Of a DNA stretch of 64,000 nt, positions 38,461 to 50,870 are shown piece after piece. Both the position numbers and the translations under genes were made by a program. Within the stretch, counting starts at the first letter, position 1. The number at the start of each line of letters is the position of its first letter. Source of the stretch: Malacoraja senta (Eukaryota); contig CM075991.1 of assembly GCA_038087875.1 (NCBI GenBank), positions 9,488,001-9,552,000 of the forward strand. The letters run 5' to 3'. Under the pieces are notes generated by a model. The model was not told the origin of the DNA. It ran no database searches and saw only the letters and a list, made by a program, of their open reading frames with translations.

Positions 38461-38790
38461 TTTGGCCACATTTGGAGGATTGCACGCAGTTCTGGTCACC
38501 CCATTACAGGGGAGATGTAGAGGCTTTAGAGAGGGTGCGGAAGAGGTTTACCGTAATGCTGCCTGGATTAGAGGGTTTCAGCTACAGGGTGAAGTTGGAT
38601 AGACTTGGATAGTTTTCTCTGGAGTGGGATGTTTTGGAGAGACTTGATAAAAGTATATAACATCATGAGGCATCAATAGATAGACAGTCAGAGCTTTTTT
38701 CCCCAGGGTGGAAATGTCCAACACTAGAGGGCGCAGCTATAAGGTGAGAGGGGGAAAGTTTAATGGAAGTGTATGGGGCAGGTTTACACA

Positions 38791-39202
38791 ATAGACAATA
38801 GGTGCAGGAGTAGGCCATTCGACCCTTCAAGCCAGCACCGTCATTCAATGTGATCATGGCTGATCATCCTCAATCAGTACCCCGTTCCTGCCTTCTCCCC
38901 ATATCCCTTGACTACGCTACCTTTAAGAGCCCTATCTAGCTCTCTCTTGAAAGTATCCAGTGAACCGGCCTCCACCGCCCTCTGCGGCAGAGAATTCCAC
39001 AGACTCACAACTCTCTGTGTGAAAAAGTGTTTCTTCGTCTCCGTTCTAAATGGCTTACTTCTTATTCTTAAACTGTGGCCCTGGGTTCCGGACTTCCCCA
39101 ACATCGGGAACATGTTTCCTGCCTCTAGCGTGTCCAAACCCTTAACAATCTTATATGTTTCAATGAGATCGCCTCTCATCCTTCTAAACTCCAGAGTGTA
39201 GC
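38791..39202 (-). mobile_element. Young CR1 3' fragment nested in an older CR1
   Basis: MRGDLIETYKIVKGLD..GYGEKAGTGY; TTTACACA duplicated at 38783 and 39203. Confidence 0.85.
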
Positions 39203-39827
39203 TTTACACAGAGAGTGGTGGTGGCCTGGAACACATTGCCAGGGATGGTGATGGAGGCAGATATGATGGTGGCGTTCAGATGACATATGTGGGTCATGTG
39301 CAGGCAGATGAGATCAGTTTAAATTGACATCATGTTCGGCACAGACATGTTGGGCCGAAGGGCCCCGTTCCTGTGCTCGATGTCACCTATCCATGTTCTC
39401 CACAAATGCTGACTGACCCAGTGTAACTCCACGGCAGTGGGAGAGTCTTGGACCAGGGGCCATAGCCTCAGAATAAAAGGACGTACCTTTAGAAAGGAGA
39501 TGAGGAGGAATTTCGTTAGTCAAGAGGGTGGTGAATCTGTGGAATTCATTGCCACAGGCGGCTGTGGAGGCCGTGTTAATGGATATTTTTAAGGCGGAGA
39601 TTTATAGATTCTTCGGTTGTCAGGGGTTATGGGGAGAAGGCAGGTAAATGGGGTTGAGAGGGAAAGATAGATCAGCCACGATTGAATGGCTGGGTAGGCT
39701 TGATAGGTCAATGGCCCAACGCTGCTCTTGGAACTCATGAAGTTTGTGCCTCTTTTTATGCTGAAGTGAATTATTGATTGAGACTCACACTTAAATAATC
39801 GCTTTCTTCTCATTTTGCCCACACTAG

Positions 39828-40300
39828 GTTCTTTTTTCCCTGCCTACAAACCCCCGGAGACGGTCTTCAAAATCACATTTTGGCTGGGCTACTTCAACAG
39901 CTGCATAAACCCAATCATATACCACTCTTCGCACCAAGAGTTCAAAAAGGCGTTCCAAAACATTCTGAAGGGGCAGTTCAGGCAGAGAAACCGCTCGTCC
40001 ACCAAACAGTCTTTCGGTGGCAGTTCAGCCAGCGGGCACCTTAAAGAAGGGGAAAAGGAATTGCGACGCCTATCTCTGGGGGCGAGGGAAACCTTCTACA
40101 AGGTCTCGGACTCGGAAGGGGTTTGCCAGTGGAAGTTATTTTCGGAGCAAGGAACGAAAAGCAAACTCAACTCAAACTGCCGGCCCTCGGACAGAAGAGG
40201 CAACTCCATTTTCTGCCCCTGTTGCCCAGTTTCTAAGCCTGGCGCCCCAAGTTTGAAACTGCACACTAACTCAATCGGTGACTACGGGGACCCAGTTTGA
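39828..40300 (+). CDS. ADRA1A: Alpha-1A adrenergic receptor-like GPCR, coding exon 2 (ECL3, TM7, C-tail)
   Basis: Pyrimidine tract plus acceptor CTAG| at 39826-39827. Phase 1 matches exon 1 (G+GT=Gly). Encodes [73 protein letters not shown], with alpha-1A-type tail motifs. Joined CDS is 1386 nt = 461 aa. Confidence 0.93.
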
Positions 40301-41300
40301 ACGAGACGCTCCCCGCCACCTACAAGAGGAACAAATGCACGCCCTGAGCATTATTGCATCCGCACTCACTGAAAACTCAATGCATCTCAAACATTCTCCG
40401 AAAGTGCTCAAAACAGCGTTTGGACTAACACTGTAAGTTTGAAACAATGTCAAAGGATGGCCGGGTTGTGTGCAATCTACTTCTGGCAAGGACACCAAGT
40501 CCAGCCAAGCGCTTGACAACCGGAGAGCGACCCGGAGAGGTTACTTTGAAGAAGGGTCTCGACCCGGAGCGTCACCCATTCCTTCTCTCCAGAGATGCTG
40601 CTGCCTGTCCCGCTGAGTTACTTCAGCATTTTGTGTCTATCTTCCATTACTTTACAACCTCGGACAATTCTCCAGTTGCACACCGTTGTCTACTTGAAAT
40701 TGTCTACTTAAGGCGTGAATCAACTAGTGTAGGAAGGGTCTCGACCCGAAACGACACCCATCCCTTCTTTCCAGAGATGCTGCCTGTCCCGCTGAGTTAC
40801 TCCAGTATTTTGTGTCGAACTTCCATTACAATTCTCCTGTTGCACACAGTTCTACTTGAAGCGTGAATCAACTCCACTTACTTCTTTGCAAACTTGAACA
40901 ATTCCTCGCTTGCCTGCGGCCTTACCTGCATCGTGGATCCACTGCACGTAATTTAAATGATGTATCTTCGTGTTGCCACCACCTGTTCTAAGCTTAAGCG
41001 TAAAGGTACACCTTTAAGGTAAATTCAATCAAATTTCGCACTGCACGGGATAAAATCCAGAAATCCCCACTTCCTATCTCCTGTAAAATTGCAGTATTTG
41101 TTCAGCCCCATCTCAGGTGAAACCTCTCCGAACAGAGAAGGTGCATGGAAAAATAGGTCAACTTTAAGCTTACAACCGCCATCCATCTTTCAGTTGCAAT
41201 GGCTGATCTATTACCCATATTGCACTGCAGCGGAGAAACTGCTCTATACATTGTACATTGACCGTCTTAAGAATTTATCCATCATGGTATTTTGCTTGGA

Positions 41301-41306
41301 AATAAA
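41301..41306 (+). terminator. Candidate polyadenylation signal of the adrenoceptor mRNA
   Basis: First AATAAA seen after the stop (about 1 kb 3'UTR), followed by T-rich sequence. Confidence 0.5.
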
Positions 41307-41844
41307 AAAAATCTTTATTTTATTCACTCTAGTTCATATTTTTTTTACAATATGACCAGAAGTTATTTTTAGTTACAAGATTATCCTGAATCTGAATCAT
41401 GCAGCATCTCTGGAGGATATGGGTACGTGACATTTCAAGTCAGGACCCTTCTTCACACGTCAACTAGCCATGTCCTCCAGAGGTACAGCCTGACCCACTG
41501 AGCAACCATTTTGTGTTTTATTTTATAAGCCAGTGTCCTCATTTCTCCTCTGTACAACAGCCCCAATAATTGCATATTAAGCCCACTGAGATATCTGCAC
41601 TCGTCCCATTCCTTCAGATGTTGCATAAGATTTAGTCTGGGTTTTTTTGCATCCAATTTTGAGCATCCAATTTGTCATGATGTGTGGCACTAGAATGTAT
41701 CTTTTATTCTTTGGAAAAACTATTGCAAAATTTTCCGTGGGCAATTAAGAAGTTGGTTAGCTAGCTCCAAGACTTCCAGGTTCTACGAAGAATGGCTTCA
41801 AGCTGCTATCTGCGACCCACTCCAGACATACCTGAAATGAATAT

Positions 41845-42048
41845 GTGTAGGAAGGAACTGCAGATGCTGGTTTAAACCAAAGAGAGACACAAAAAGCTGG
41901 AGTAACTCAGCAGGACAGGCAGCATCTCTGGAGAGAAGGAATGGGTGTCGTCCTGAAGAAGGGTTTCGACCCAATACGTCACCCATTCCTTCTCTCCAGA
42001 GATGCTGCCCGTCCCGCTGAGTTACTCCATCTTTTTGTGTCTATCTTT
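41845..42048. mobile_element. Inverted doublet of PLE terminal repeats
   Basis: Inverted arms around a degenerate hammerhead at about 41953. Confidence 0.7.
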
Positions 42049-42654
42049 ACTTGAAATGAAGGTCAGGGAAATACAGTGAAATACTTGGCTGCTTGCTAGT
42101 GTTGCAATTAGTTTCAGCCCCTCGGGGAAGAAATAATAAGATGTTTTTCTCCTGATTGCTCTTTTTGCTCTTTCTTGGCGAGTGCAAGTTCTAACTAATA
42201 CGTTCCCCGCTGCCTCAGGGTGTTGCTGTGATGCCCTCCTTGATCAAAAGCTCACTGGCACCATATTATATGGGCTTACATGGGATGCTGGCACCAGGCC
42301 AGCAGTGTTAAGAGGATATCCAAAGAGGCAGACGTTCATAGCAAAGATCCTATAGGATCTTTGGTTCATAGTCTACAAAAGAGGAAGGGAGTAAGACCGG
42401 TGGGTAAATACATTTCAGGACCAGTATTGATGATTTTAGATGTTTGCAGTAGATCCAAACACAGAATTCAATCTTAATCTTTTGTCATTATATTGTAAGA
42501 AAAATATGATGGATGTAGTCAGAGTGAAGAGAATGTACTATTTTCTCCCTATTTTCATTCCCCCTTCAGCACACATTCTCATCTCTTCCTTATTCCTTTG
42601 ACAACTTCATTCCAAGGGTTCACTGATTAATGGAGCCAGGTGAGAAATGAATGG

Positions 42655-43087
42655 AAGGTACACAAAAATGCTGGAGAAACTCAGCGGGTGCAGCAGCATC
42701 TATGGAGCGAAGGAAATAGGTAACGTTTCGGGCCGAAACCCTTCTTCAGACTGATAGGGGGTGGGGAGAAGAAAGGAAAAAAGGAAAAAGGCGGAGGAGG
42801 AGCCCGAGGGCTGGGGGAGGGGAGGAGACAACCAGATGGCTGATGAAGGGGAGGGGACAGCGAGGGCTGGCAGAATTGGGAGAATTCAATGTTCAAGCCC
42901 CCAGGATGTAGACTGCCCAAGCGGAATATGAGGTGCATTTCCTCCAATTTACGGTGTTGCTCGCTGTGGCCATGGAGGAGACCCAGGACAGAGAGGTCAG
43001 ATATGGAATGGGAGGGGGAGTTAAAGTGCTGAGCCACCAGGAGTTCAGGTTGGTTATTGCGGACCGACCGGAGGTGTTCGGCGAAAC
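42655..43087 (-). mobile_element. Penelope-like element 3' fragment (GIY-YIG endonuclease C-terminus, 3'UTR/pLTR)
   Basis: FAEHLRSVRNNQPELLVAQHFNSPSHSISDLSVLGLLHGHSEQHRKLEEMHLIFRLGSLHPGGLNIEF has the EH, HF, R..E...I and L.P.GLN motifs of PLE endonucleases; near-identical to the copy at 5.3-5.65 kb. Confidence 0.85.
42722..42749 (-). ncRNA. Minimal hammerhead ribozyme motif (GUU triplet)
   Basis: CUGAAGA-A-GGGUU-UC-GGCCC-GAAAC-GUU, same strand as and 3' of the PLE endonuclease motifs. Confidence 0.6.
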
Positions 43088-44087
43088 TGAATGGAGTTGA
43101 CTGAATGGAGTGAATGAATAGAGTTGACTTTCCACTGCCCTCGGTGTGGACTCAGTGGACCGAAGGGCCTGATTCCTGCGCTCCAAGGAATAGAGTCCCA
43201 GCCTACTCAACCCATAGCTCAGACCCTCCTAGACCGGGCAAAATCCTCGTAAATCCTACATACTTAATCAGTTAACAACTAATCATCTTACACAAGGAAT
43301 GTTGTGCTTGCAGTAATGAGTAGGAGATAGAAGTGTGATCTGGAAGGAGGTGATTCTCCCCCAACCACGATCTCAAAAAAATTGTGTTAATAGGTTCATA
43401 AAATTACATGGAAACACAGGAACTGTTGTTGCTGGATTTTTACGTAGAACACAAAATGCTGGAGTAACTCAGTGGTTCAGGCAGCATCTCTGTAGGACAT
43501 GGATAGGCAACGTTTTGGGTCAGGACCCTTCTTCATACTTGTACATTGGGGATAATCCATAACTAATGTTCAAGATTAGTGCTGCCTTTCTGGCTTTTGA
43601 ATCTTACTTTGAGCCCTGCCTGAATGAGTATATTATTTTGTTGCCGATTTAAGTGCCAGCCTAGTGTGAAAGTTGCATTAAGAGTTCCGCTCTTTTCCCA
43701 TATCCGATCCAAATAACGGGCAAACCATCATCGGAGTTGTGGTTGTCGATTCCAAGGAGTTTGGTTTCTAGTTACACATCGGAGAATTGAGTCATAGAGT
43801 CATACAGCGTGGAAACAGGCCCTTCGGCCCAACTTGCCCACGCCGACCAACATGTCCCATCTACACTAGTCCCACCTGCCTGCATTTGGCCCCATATCCC
43901 TCCAAACTTGTCCTATCCATGTACCTGTCTAAATGGTTCTTAAATGGTTGTTGTTGCAAAACCACTCAACCTCTCCCCTCTATACAACATGACATCTAAC
44001 TGTTATGCTCAATGCCCCCTCTCACCTTCCGACTGATGGAGGTAATCTTCTTTACCATTCTATCTACTTGTGCAGTCAAGAGTCTTA

Positions 44088-44405
44088 TGGCCCTGTCCCA
44101 CTGTACAAGTTCATTCAAGAACTCTCCCGAGTTTAAAAAAAAATCAAACTTGTGGTAACATGTAGAATGTACGTAGCGGGTACGTCGGAGCTTGGGGACG
44201 TCTCTTAGCGGCTTGTAACTCTAACGGCAGGTACTCGGGAAACGCGGGAAGCTCGGGAAGACGCGTGAAGATTTTTCAACATGTTGAAAAATGTCCACGA
44301 GAGCCCCGAGTACCTACGAGCGGCTATTACCGTAAATCTCCGAGTTCGAATCAGGGCAAACTCGGGAGAACTCTTTGAATGAACCCGTACAGTGGGACAG
44401 GGCTT
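44088..44405. mobile_element. PIF/Harbinger-type MITE
   Basis: TIR GCCCTGTCCCACTGTAC..GTTCATTCAA; flanks TTA / TAA. Confidence 0.8.
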
Positions 44406-46083
44406 TAAGTGTGTTTAATCGTCACAGGTACTGACAACCAAACAACAAAATTCTGACTCGCTGTAGTTTAAGGGAAGCACAGTCGCACAGCAGTAGAGTT
44501 GCTGCCCTGCAGGGTTAGATGCCCAGGATCGATCCTGACCACGGGCGCCGTCTGCACGGAGTTTGCACGCTCTTCCGGTGATCACGTGGGCCCTCTATGG
44601 TTGCTCCGGTTTCAAGATCCAGTCTAAACATCCAGACAGCATTGAGAGAGTGTTGCACAGTCATGGATGCTATATTAAGGCAGAGATTGATAGATTCTGG
44701 ATTAGTACGGGTGTCGGGGGTTATGGGGAGACAGCAGGAGAATGGGGTTGAGAGGGGAAGGTAGATCAGCCATGATTGAATGGCGGAGTTGACTTGATGG
44801 GCCAAATTGCCTAATTCTGGCTCGCAGAACTTGAAATAAGATGTTAAATTGAAGTCTCAACCTGTCCAAAACCTTTGAAGAAGAACAGCAGAATTCTTTC
44901 CAGTGACCTGGCCAATATTTATTCCTTTTTCAACATTACTAATGCAGGGAATATGGCCATTATCACGTTACTGCTTGTGGTACCTGAACGTGCATAGGTT
45001 GCCTGACATATTTCTAACAACAATGATCTGAAACAGATCTGAATAAATCATGGGCAATTTTTATTCTTTTATTTGAAGTCTAGCGCAGCGTAAGGTCTGG
45101 TGGAAATATCAGTCGGAAATGTAGGAGCTTCGTATAAAGTAGCATTAGCCACCAGGTCATTAGGCAGCAGAATGTCGAGCTTCAGTAGCAAATCAATGGA
45201 AATATTTACCTCAACTCACTCTACAGACTAAATGAAAATATGTGCCAAAGTGGCTAAAACTGTAAATATTTGAAGTAAAGGAAATAAAGGGAAGTAGGGA
45301 AAGACCAGGTTTATGGGATTTATTTTTTGGATCGCTTCTGGGAAGAACGTACAATCTCCGTATGGACAGCACCTGTAGTCAGGGTCGAACCCGGGTCTCT
45401 GGAGCTGTTAGGCAGCAACTCTACCACTGCACCACTGTCGTGTACACACCATGAGCGATGTTTGTAAGCTTCATCCACAGGGTCTAGCCCCACAGTGTGG
45501 AAGGGCAGGAGAGCTATCGACTGTTGCCTTCACCCATACTGCCTTTGCAGCTGCTGCTTTAAGCTTCAGCGCGTCCCTCAGCATGGTCCCTTCCCTGCAA
45601 ATGGGCCAGTCAGCTACATGTTGTTCTGTTCACCCAGAGAGTTGTGAATGTGTGGAATTCTCTGCCACAGAAGGCAGTGGAAACCAATTCACTAGATGTT
45701 TTCAAGAGAGAGTAAAGATAGAGCTCTTAGGGCTAACGGAATCAAGGGATATGTGGGGGAAAAGCAAGAACAGGGTGCTGATTTTGGATGATCATATTGA
45801 ACGGTGGCGCTGGCTCGAAGGGCCGAATGGCCTACTCCTGAACCTACTTTCTGTGTTTCTATGTTCAGCCCCTTGCACCAGAAGTCCAGCAGGCTTCAGT
45901 CGGGCCAAATTGCACATGCATCCCCTGAATGATCACATTTAACCCGAGTAGTAGGATGGCTCGATTGTAATCATGTGTACTCTTCCACTGACTGCTTAGC
46001 ACGCAACACAAAAGCTTTTCACTGTACCCCGGTACACATGACAATAATCCAAACTAAACAGTAATCGTACCCCTTTTACTGTG

Positions 46084-46236
46084 TTTAAGAAGGAACTGCA
46101 GATGCTGAAAAATCCCAGGTACACAAAAATGCTGGAGAAACTCAGCGGGTGCAGCAGCATCTATGGAGCGAAGGAAATAGGCAACGTTTCGGGCCGAAAC
46201 GTTGCCTATTTCCTTCGCTCCATAGATGCTGCTGCA
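46084..46236. mobile_element. Fold-back PLE terminal-repeat insertion with 12-bp TSD
   Basis: CCTTTTACTGTG at 46072 and 46237; palindrome centred on gtttcgg-g-ccgaaac. Confidence 0.8.
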
Positions 46237-47301
46237 CCTTTTACTGTGCATTGGTTACACTGGTAATGAACTTGCCTGTTTTCGGGAACTTGTGGGATAC
46301 CTCACCTGGGTTGTGATAGTGTTCACTGTGTTTCTTTGGTGAATGAACAGAAAGAGGTCACTTGCAAATTTAATATTACACTGAACATCAAAAAATGTTT
46401 ACCGAAGACAAGAAACCAAGAGTCTTATTGGCAGAAAACGTGCTTAGAATTTGTCTTGTAATGCAACTCGGCTGTGAAGTAAAATATTTATTGATCTGCT
46501 TTTGCCTTGTGCTTAACATTCCACTCTGCTGTTGGTACAATCTTTAATACAAGAAAATGCAAGTAGCTATCCTTCACAACCTTCATTGTTGTTTTCATGC
46601 AGAGCTTGCAGCTCAGTGTATCCTAATATCAGAATCAGATCCATCTTCCTTTCTTCCCACCTACCTGTATCCACCTTTCACTTGTGGATACAGGTAGGTG
46701 GGAAGGAACTGTAGATGCTGGTTTACACCGAAGATAGGCTGGAGTAACTCAGCGGGCCAGGCAGCATCTCTGGATAGAAGGAATAGGTGACGTTTTGGGT
46801 CGAGACCCTTCTTCAGCCTGAAGACCTCAGTGTGAAGAAGGGTCTCGACCTGAAACGTCACCCATTCCTTCTCTCCAGAGATGCTGCCTGTCCCGCTGAG
46901 TTACCCCATCCAGGCTTTTGTGTCCATCCACCCATCACTTGCCAGGCTTTATCTGCCCCCCACCCCGACTACAACCTGAAGAGTCCTAACCTGAAACTTC
47001 ATCCGTTCATTCCCTCATCAGATGCTGCCCGACCCACTGAATTACTCCAACACTTTGTGTTTTTTCCTCCTTCATTTGGAACCATAGAACCATATAGCAG
47101 GGAAACAAGCCCTTCGGTCCAACTTGTCCATGATGACCAAGATGCCCCATCTAAGCTAATCCAACCTGCCCGCATGTGATCCGTATTCCTCTAAACCTTT
47201 CCTTTCCATATTTATTTACTTGGAATCATAAAGTCATACAGTATGGAAAACAGGCCCATCGGCCCACCTTGCCCACACCGACCAACATGTCCCATCTAAC
47301 A

Positions 47302-47690
47302 ATAAGATTGTTGAGGGCTTGGACACGCTAGAGGCAGGAAACATGTTCCGGATGTTGGGGGAGTCCAGAACCAGGGGCCACAGTTTAAGAATAAGGAGTA
47401 AGCCATTTAGAACGGAGACGAGGAAACACTTTTTCTCACAGAGAGTGCTGAGTGATCTTACAGAGATCTGTGGAATTCTCTGCCTCAGAGGGTGGTGGAG
47501 GCAGGTTCTCTGGATGCTTTCAAGAGAGAGCTAGATAGGGCTCTTAAAAATAGCGGAGTCAGGGGATATGGGGAGAAGGCAGGAACGGGGTACTGATTGG
47601 GGATGATCAGCCATGATCACATTGAATGGCGGTGCTGGCTCGAAGGGCCGAATGGCCTACTCCTGCACCTATTGTCTATTGTCCATTGTC
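47302..47690 (+). mobile_element. CR1 LINE 3' fragment
   Basis: [44 protein letters not shown] tail. Confidence 0.85.
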
Positions 47691-48007
47691 TACACCATTC
47701 CCACCTGCTTGTGTTTGGCCCATACCCATCTAAACCTATCCTTTCCATGTACCTGTCCAAATGTTTTTTTAACGTTGTGTTAGTACCTGCCTCAACCACC
47801 CCTCTGACTGCTCGTTCCATATACCTACCACCCTTTGTGTAAAAAAGTTGCCCCTCAAGTTTCTGTTGTATCTCCCCCCCCCCCCCCTCCCCCCTCACCT
47901 TAAACCTATGTCATTTGGTTCTTGATTCAACTACTCTGGGTAAAAGAATGTGCATTTACACTCTCTATTCTTCTCATGATCTTACACGCCTCTGTAAGAA
48001 CACCCTT

Positions 48008-48860
48008 ATATACAATACAATACAATACAATTTATTTGTCATTTGGACCCCGTTGAGGTCCAAACGAAATGTCGTTTCTGCAGCCATACATTACAAAACG
48101 AAGAAGACCCGAGACACAACACAATTTACACATACATCCATCATAGCGCTGTGATGGAAGGCAATAAAAACGTATCTCTCCACTGCACTCCCCCCCCCCC
48201 CCGATGTCAGAGTCAAAGTCAAAGCCCCCGGCGGGCGATGGTGATTGTCCCGCGGCCATTAAAGCCACGCCGGGTGATGCAAGGTCGCGCACCGGGTCTT
48301 GGTGTTAGAGCCCCGGCGTGCGCTCGCAAAGTCCCGCGGCCACTCCAAGCCGCGCGGGGCGGCGATGCAAAGCCCCGCTCCAGGTGCTCTTCAACCCCGC
48401 AACTCGGGCGGGAGAAGTCGCCGCTGCGGAAGCCCCGAAAAGCGGTCTCCCACCAGAGACCCGCGGGCTTCCGGTGTTGCCGTCCGCCAGACCCGCGGCT
48501 GTAGCCTCCGAATCTCCGGGGGTCGGGTCGCAGCAGCGATTGTCTCCACCACAGCTCCACCCGCTCCGGACTCGGCCAGCCCCGTGACGGTGAGTAGTCC
48601 GCAGCTCCGCAACTGGAGCCCCAGGTCGTTCCTGCTGGAGGCCGCTCCACGTTGCCCAGCCCCAACGACAACGGAGACCCGACAAAGAAAAGGTCGGATC
48701 TCCCGTGCAGGGGAAAGATTTTAAAGTCCCCCCCCCACCCCCGCCCCCCACACACATACCCCGACAAAAATAATAATAAAAACTACATAGAAACGAGACA
48801 AAAATAATAAAAAGACAGACGGACTGCAGAGGCCGCTGCTGACGAGAGTCGCGCCACCCA
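48008..48860 (-). mobile_element. GC/CpG-rich non-autonomous retroelement with (ATTGT)n tail, nested in a CR1 remnant
   Basis: 3' end gacaaataa(attgt)n like Rex-type tails; ACCCTT on both sides; no credible ORF. Confidence 0.55.
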
Positions 48861-49464
48861 CCAACCCTTCATCCTCCTGCGCTCCAAGGAATAAAGTCCT
48901 AGCCTGCTCTCTAGAGCGCAGGCCCTCGAGTCCTGGCAACATCCTCATAAATCTTCTTTGCATCCTTTTCAGCTTAACAACATCCCTACTACAACAGGGT
49001 GACCACAACTGAACAAAGTACTCCAAAGTCTGTAGAGGTCTGAGTACAGTCTGAAGAAGGGTCTCGACCCGAAACATCACCTATTCCTTTTCTCCAGAGA
49101 TGCTGCCTGACCCGCCGAGTCACTACAGTCTTTTTGCATCTACCTTCACAATACTCCAAATACAGCCTCACGAATGTCTTGCCCAACTATTTCTCTGTTT
49201 CTAACCTGTTGTTATTTCACTGCTTCTCTGGGAAAGATAGATGTGCCTTCATGCGGCCCATAATGAAGCAGTTCTTTAATGTCTGAACTCTGGCATAGTA
49301 TTTCATCAACTTGTTTGATCACAGCAAGACAGTAAAATCTCTGGTGACCTTCCACCATTTGTCCTCACACCACTTTAAACTGCAAGTAGCCTTCTCAAAT
49401 TAAACCTGGATATTTCCTACCGTTGTACCTCGAGAGACAGGAACATTGTCCTTCTGACGAAAAG

Positions 49465-49760
49465 GGGTGGCACAGCGGTAGAGTTGCTAGAGACCCAGGG
49501 TCGAGCCTGACCACGGGTGCTGTCTGTCCGGAGTTTATACGTTCTCCCCGTGACCTGCGTGGGCTTTCTCCGGGTGCACCAGTTTCCTCCCACATTCCAA
49601 AGACGTCCTAAGGTTAATTGGCTTAGTAAAATTGTAAATTGTCCCTAGTGTGTGTGGGACAGTGTTAATGTACGGGGATCGCTTGCCAGCATGGACTCAG
49701 TGGGCCGAAGGGCCTGTTTCCATGTTGTATCTCAAAACTAAACCATCTCTAAACTGAACT
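49465..49760 (+). mobile_element. tRNA-derived SINE (HE1-like)
   Basis: Consensus match. Confidence 0.8.
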
Positions 49761-49800
49761 AGACTTTATTACAGTATGGATATGAGATCTTCATTAGCCC

Positions 49801-49894
49801 TTCTGAAGAAGGGTTTCGACCCGAAACGTTGCCTATTTCCTTCGCTCCATAGATGCTGCCTCACCCGCTGAGTTTCTCCAGCATTTTTGTCTAC
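49801..49894 (+). mobile_element. PLE terminal-repeat insertion with 12-bp TSD
   Basis: CTTCATTAGCCC at 49789 and 49895. Confidence 0.8.
49803..49830 (+). ncRNA. Minimal hammerhead ribozyme motif (GUU triplet)
   Basis: CUGAAGA-A-GGGUU-UC-GACCC-GAAAC-GUU at the start of a TSD-flanked insertion. Confidence 0.55.
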
Positions 49895-50559
49895 CTTCAT
49901 TAGCCCATCCCTGTTAACCAGGTTGAAACTCAATGTCATTGAGTTTGTCAAAATGTAGAGCTTTAACATTTAATAAAAACAGCCAATGTTTTAACCGATG
50001 AGTTGATTGCCTACACGAGCTGGCTTTCAATCCACACAAAAGACATTCTGCCGTTTTTAGTCCCAACAACAAACCTTGAATCAAAACACAGACAGAGGTA
50101 GGTCTGAGTGGATTTTCAAGTCTATTCCTGTCAGCTATACACTGTAAACATGAATTGTCCGGATTGGTTTGTGATTGGAAATGAACAGTTCAGATAACAA
50201 TAGTGCCAACAACATTAAATATGAATATATATTAAAAACAATTTGTCTTCATTTTTTTCCACCCTTACATTGAGCATCACTGGCTAGTTTATTGCCTACA
50301 CATTAATGGCAAGTAAGAATTTCATTGCTCTATCTGGGACATATGACCCTAAAACACTCTTGACCCTTGACTACAGGTAAGCTACCTTTCCGAACGCCCT
50401 TCTGAGGGACTCGTGATCAGATGATCAATGGGCAGCATGGACTCGGTGGGCCGAAGGGCCCGTTTTCACGCTGAATCTCTGAGCTTTCCATCTGAGAACA
50501 CGGTGTGTAGAAAGGCGCCCAGGTGTCATTTGGAGAGCCAATATCAGAAACAGAACCAG

Positions 50560-50870
50560 GGTGGCACGGTGGCACAGCGGTAAATTTGCTGCCTTACAGC
50601 GCTTGCAGCACCGCAGACCCAGGTTCGATCCCAACTACAGGTGCTCTCTGTAACGGAGTTTGTACGTTGCCCCTCTGACCGCGTGGGTTTACTGCAGTTT
50701 TCTCCCACACGCCAAAGACATGCAGGTAGAGTATGTAGGTAAATTAGCTTGGTAAATGTAAAAATTGTCCCTAGTGTGTAGGATAATATTAATATGTGGG
50801 GGTCGCTGGTCGGCGCGGACCCGGTGGGCCGAAGAGCTTGTTTGCACCCTGTATCTCTAAACTAAACTAA
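50560..50870 (+). mobile_element. tRNA-derived SINE (HE1-like)
   Basis: A/B boxes and (CTAAA) tail. Confidence 0.85.

Larger units (their letters stand above)
37961..39375 (+). mobile_element. Older CR1 ORF2 3' region interrupted by a MITE and an antisense CR1
   Basis: QVDRVVKKAYGMLAFIARGIEYKSQEV / PHLEDCTQFWSPHY..LERVRKRFT. Confidence 0.8.
19938..39827 (+). other. GT-AG intron (19,890 bp) of the adrenoceptor gene
   Basis: GTAAG at 19938 and TAG at 39825-39827; removing it restores a continuous 7TM frame. Confidence 0.9.

Noticed and set aside
19025..40300. Pseudogene status because of DRN and other substitutions
   Set aside because: No stops or frameshifts; splice sites, phase and key amine-binding residues are intact.
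48043..48767. Overlapping 140-180 aa ORFs (similar at 33.4-33.9, 55.2-55.7 and 59.9-61.0 kb)
   Set aside because: Stop-poor GC-rich repeats with no recognisable domains.
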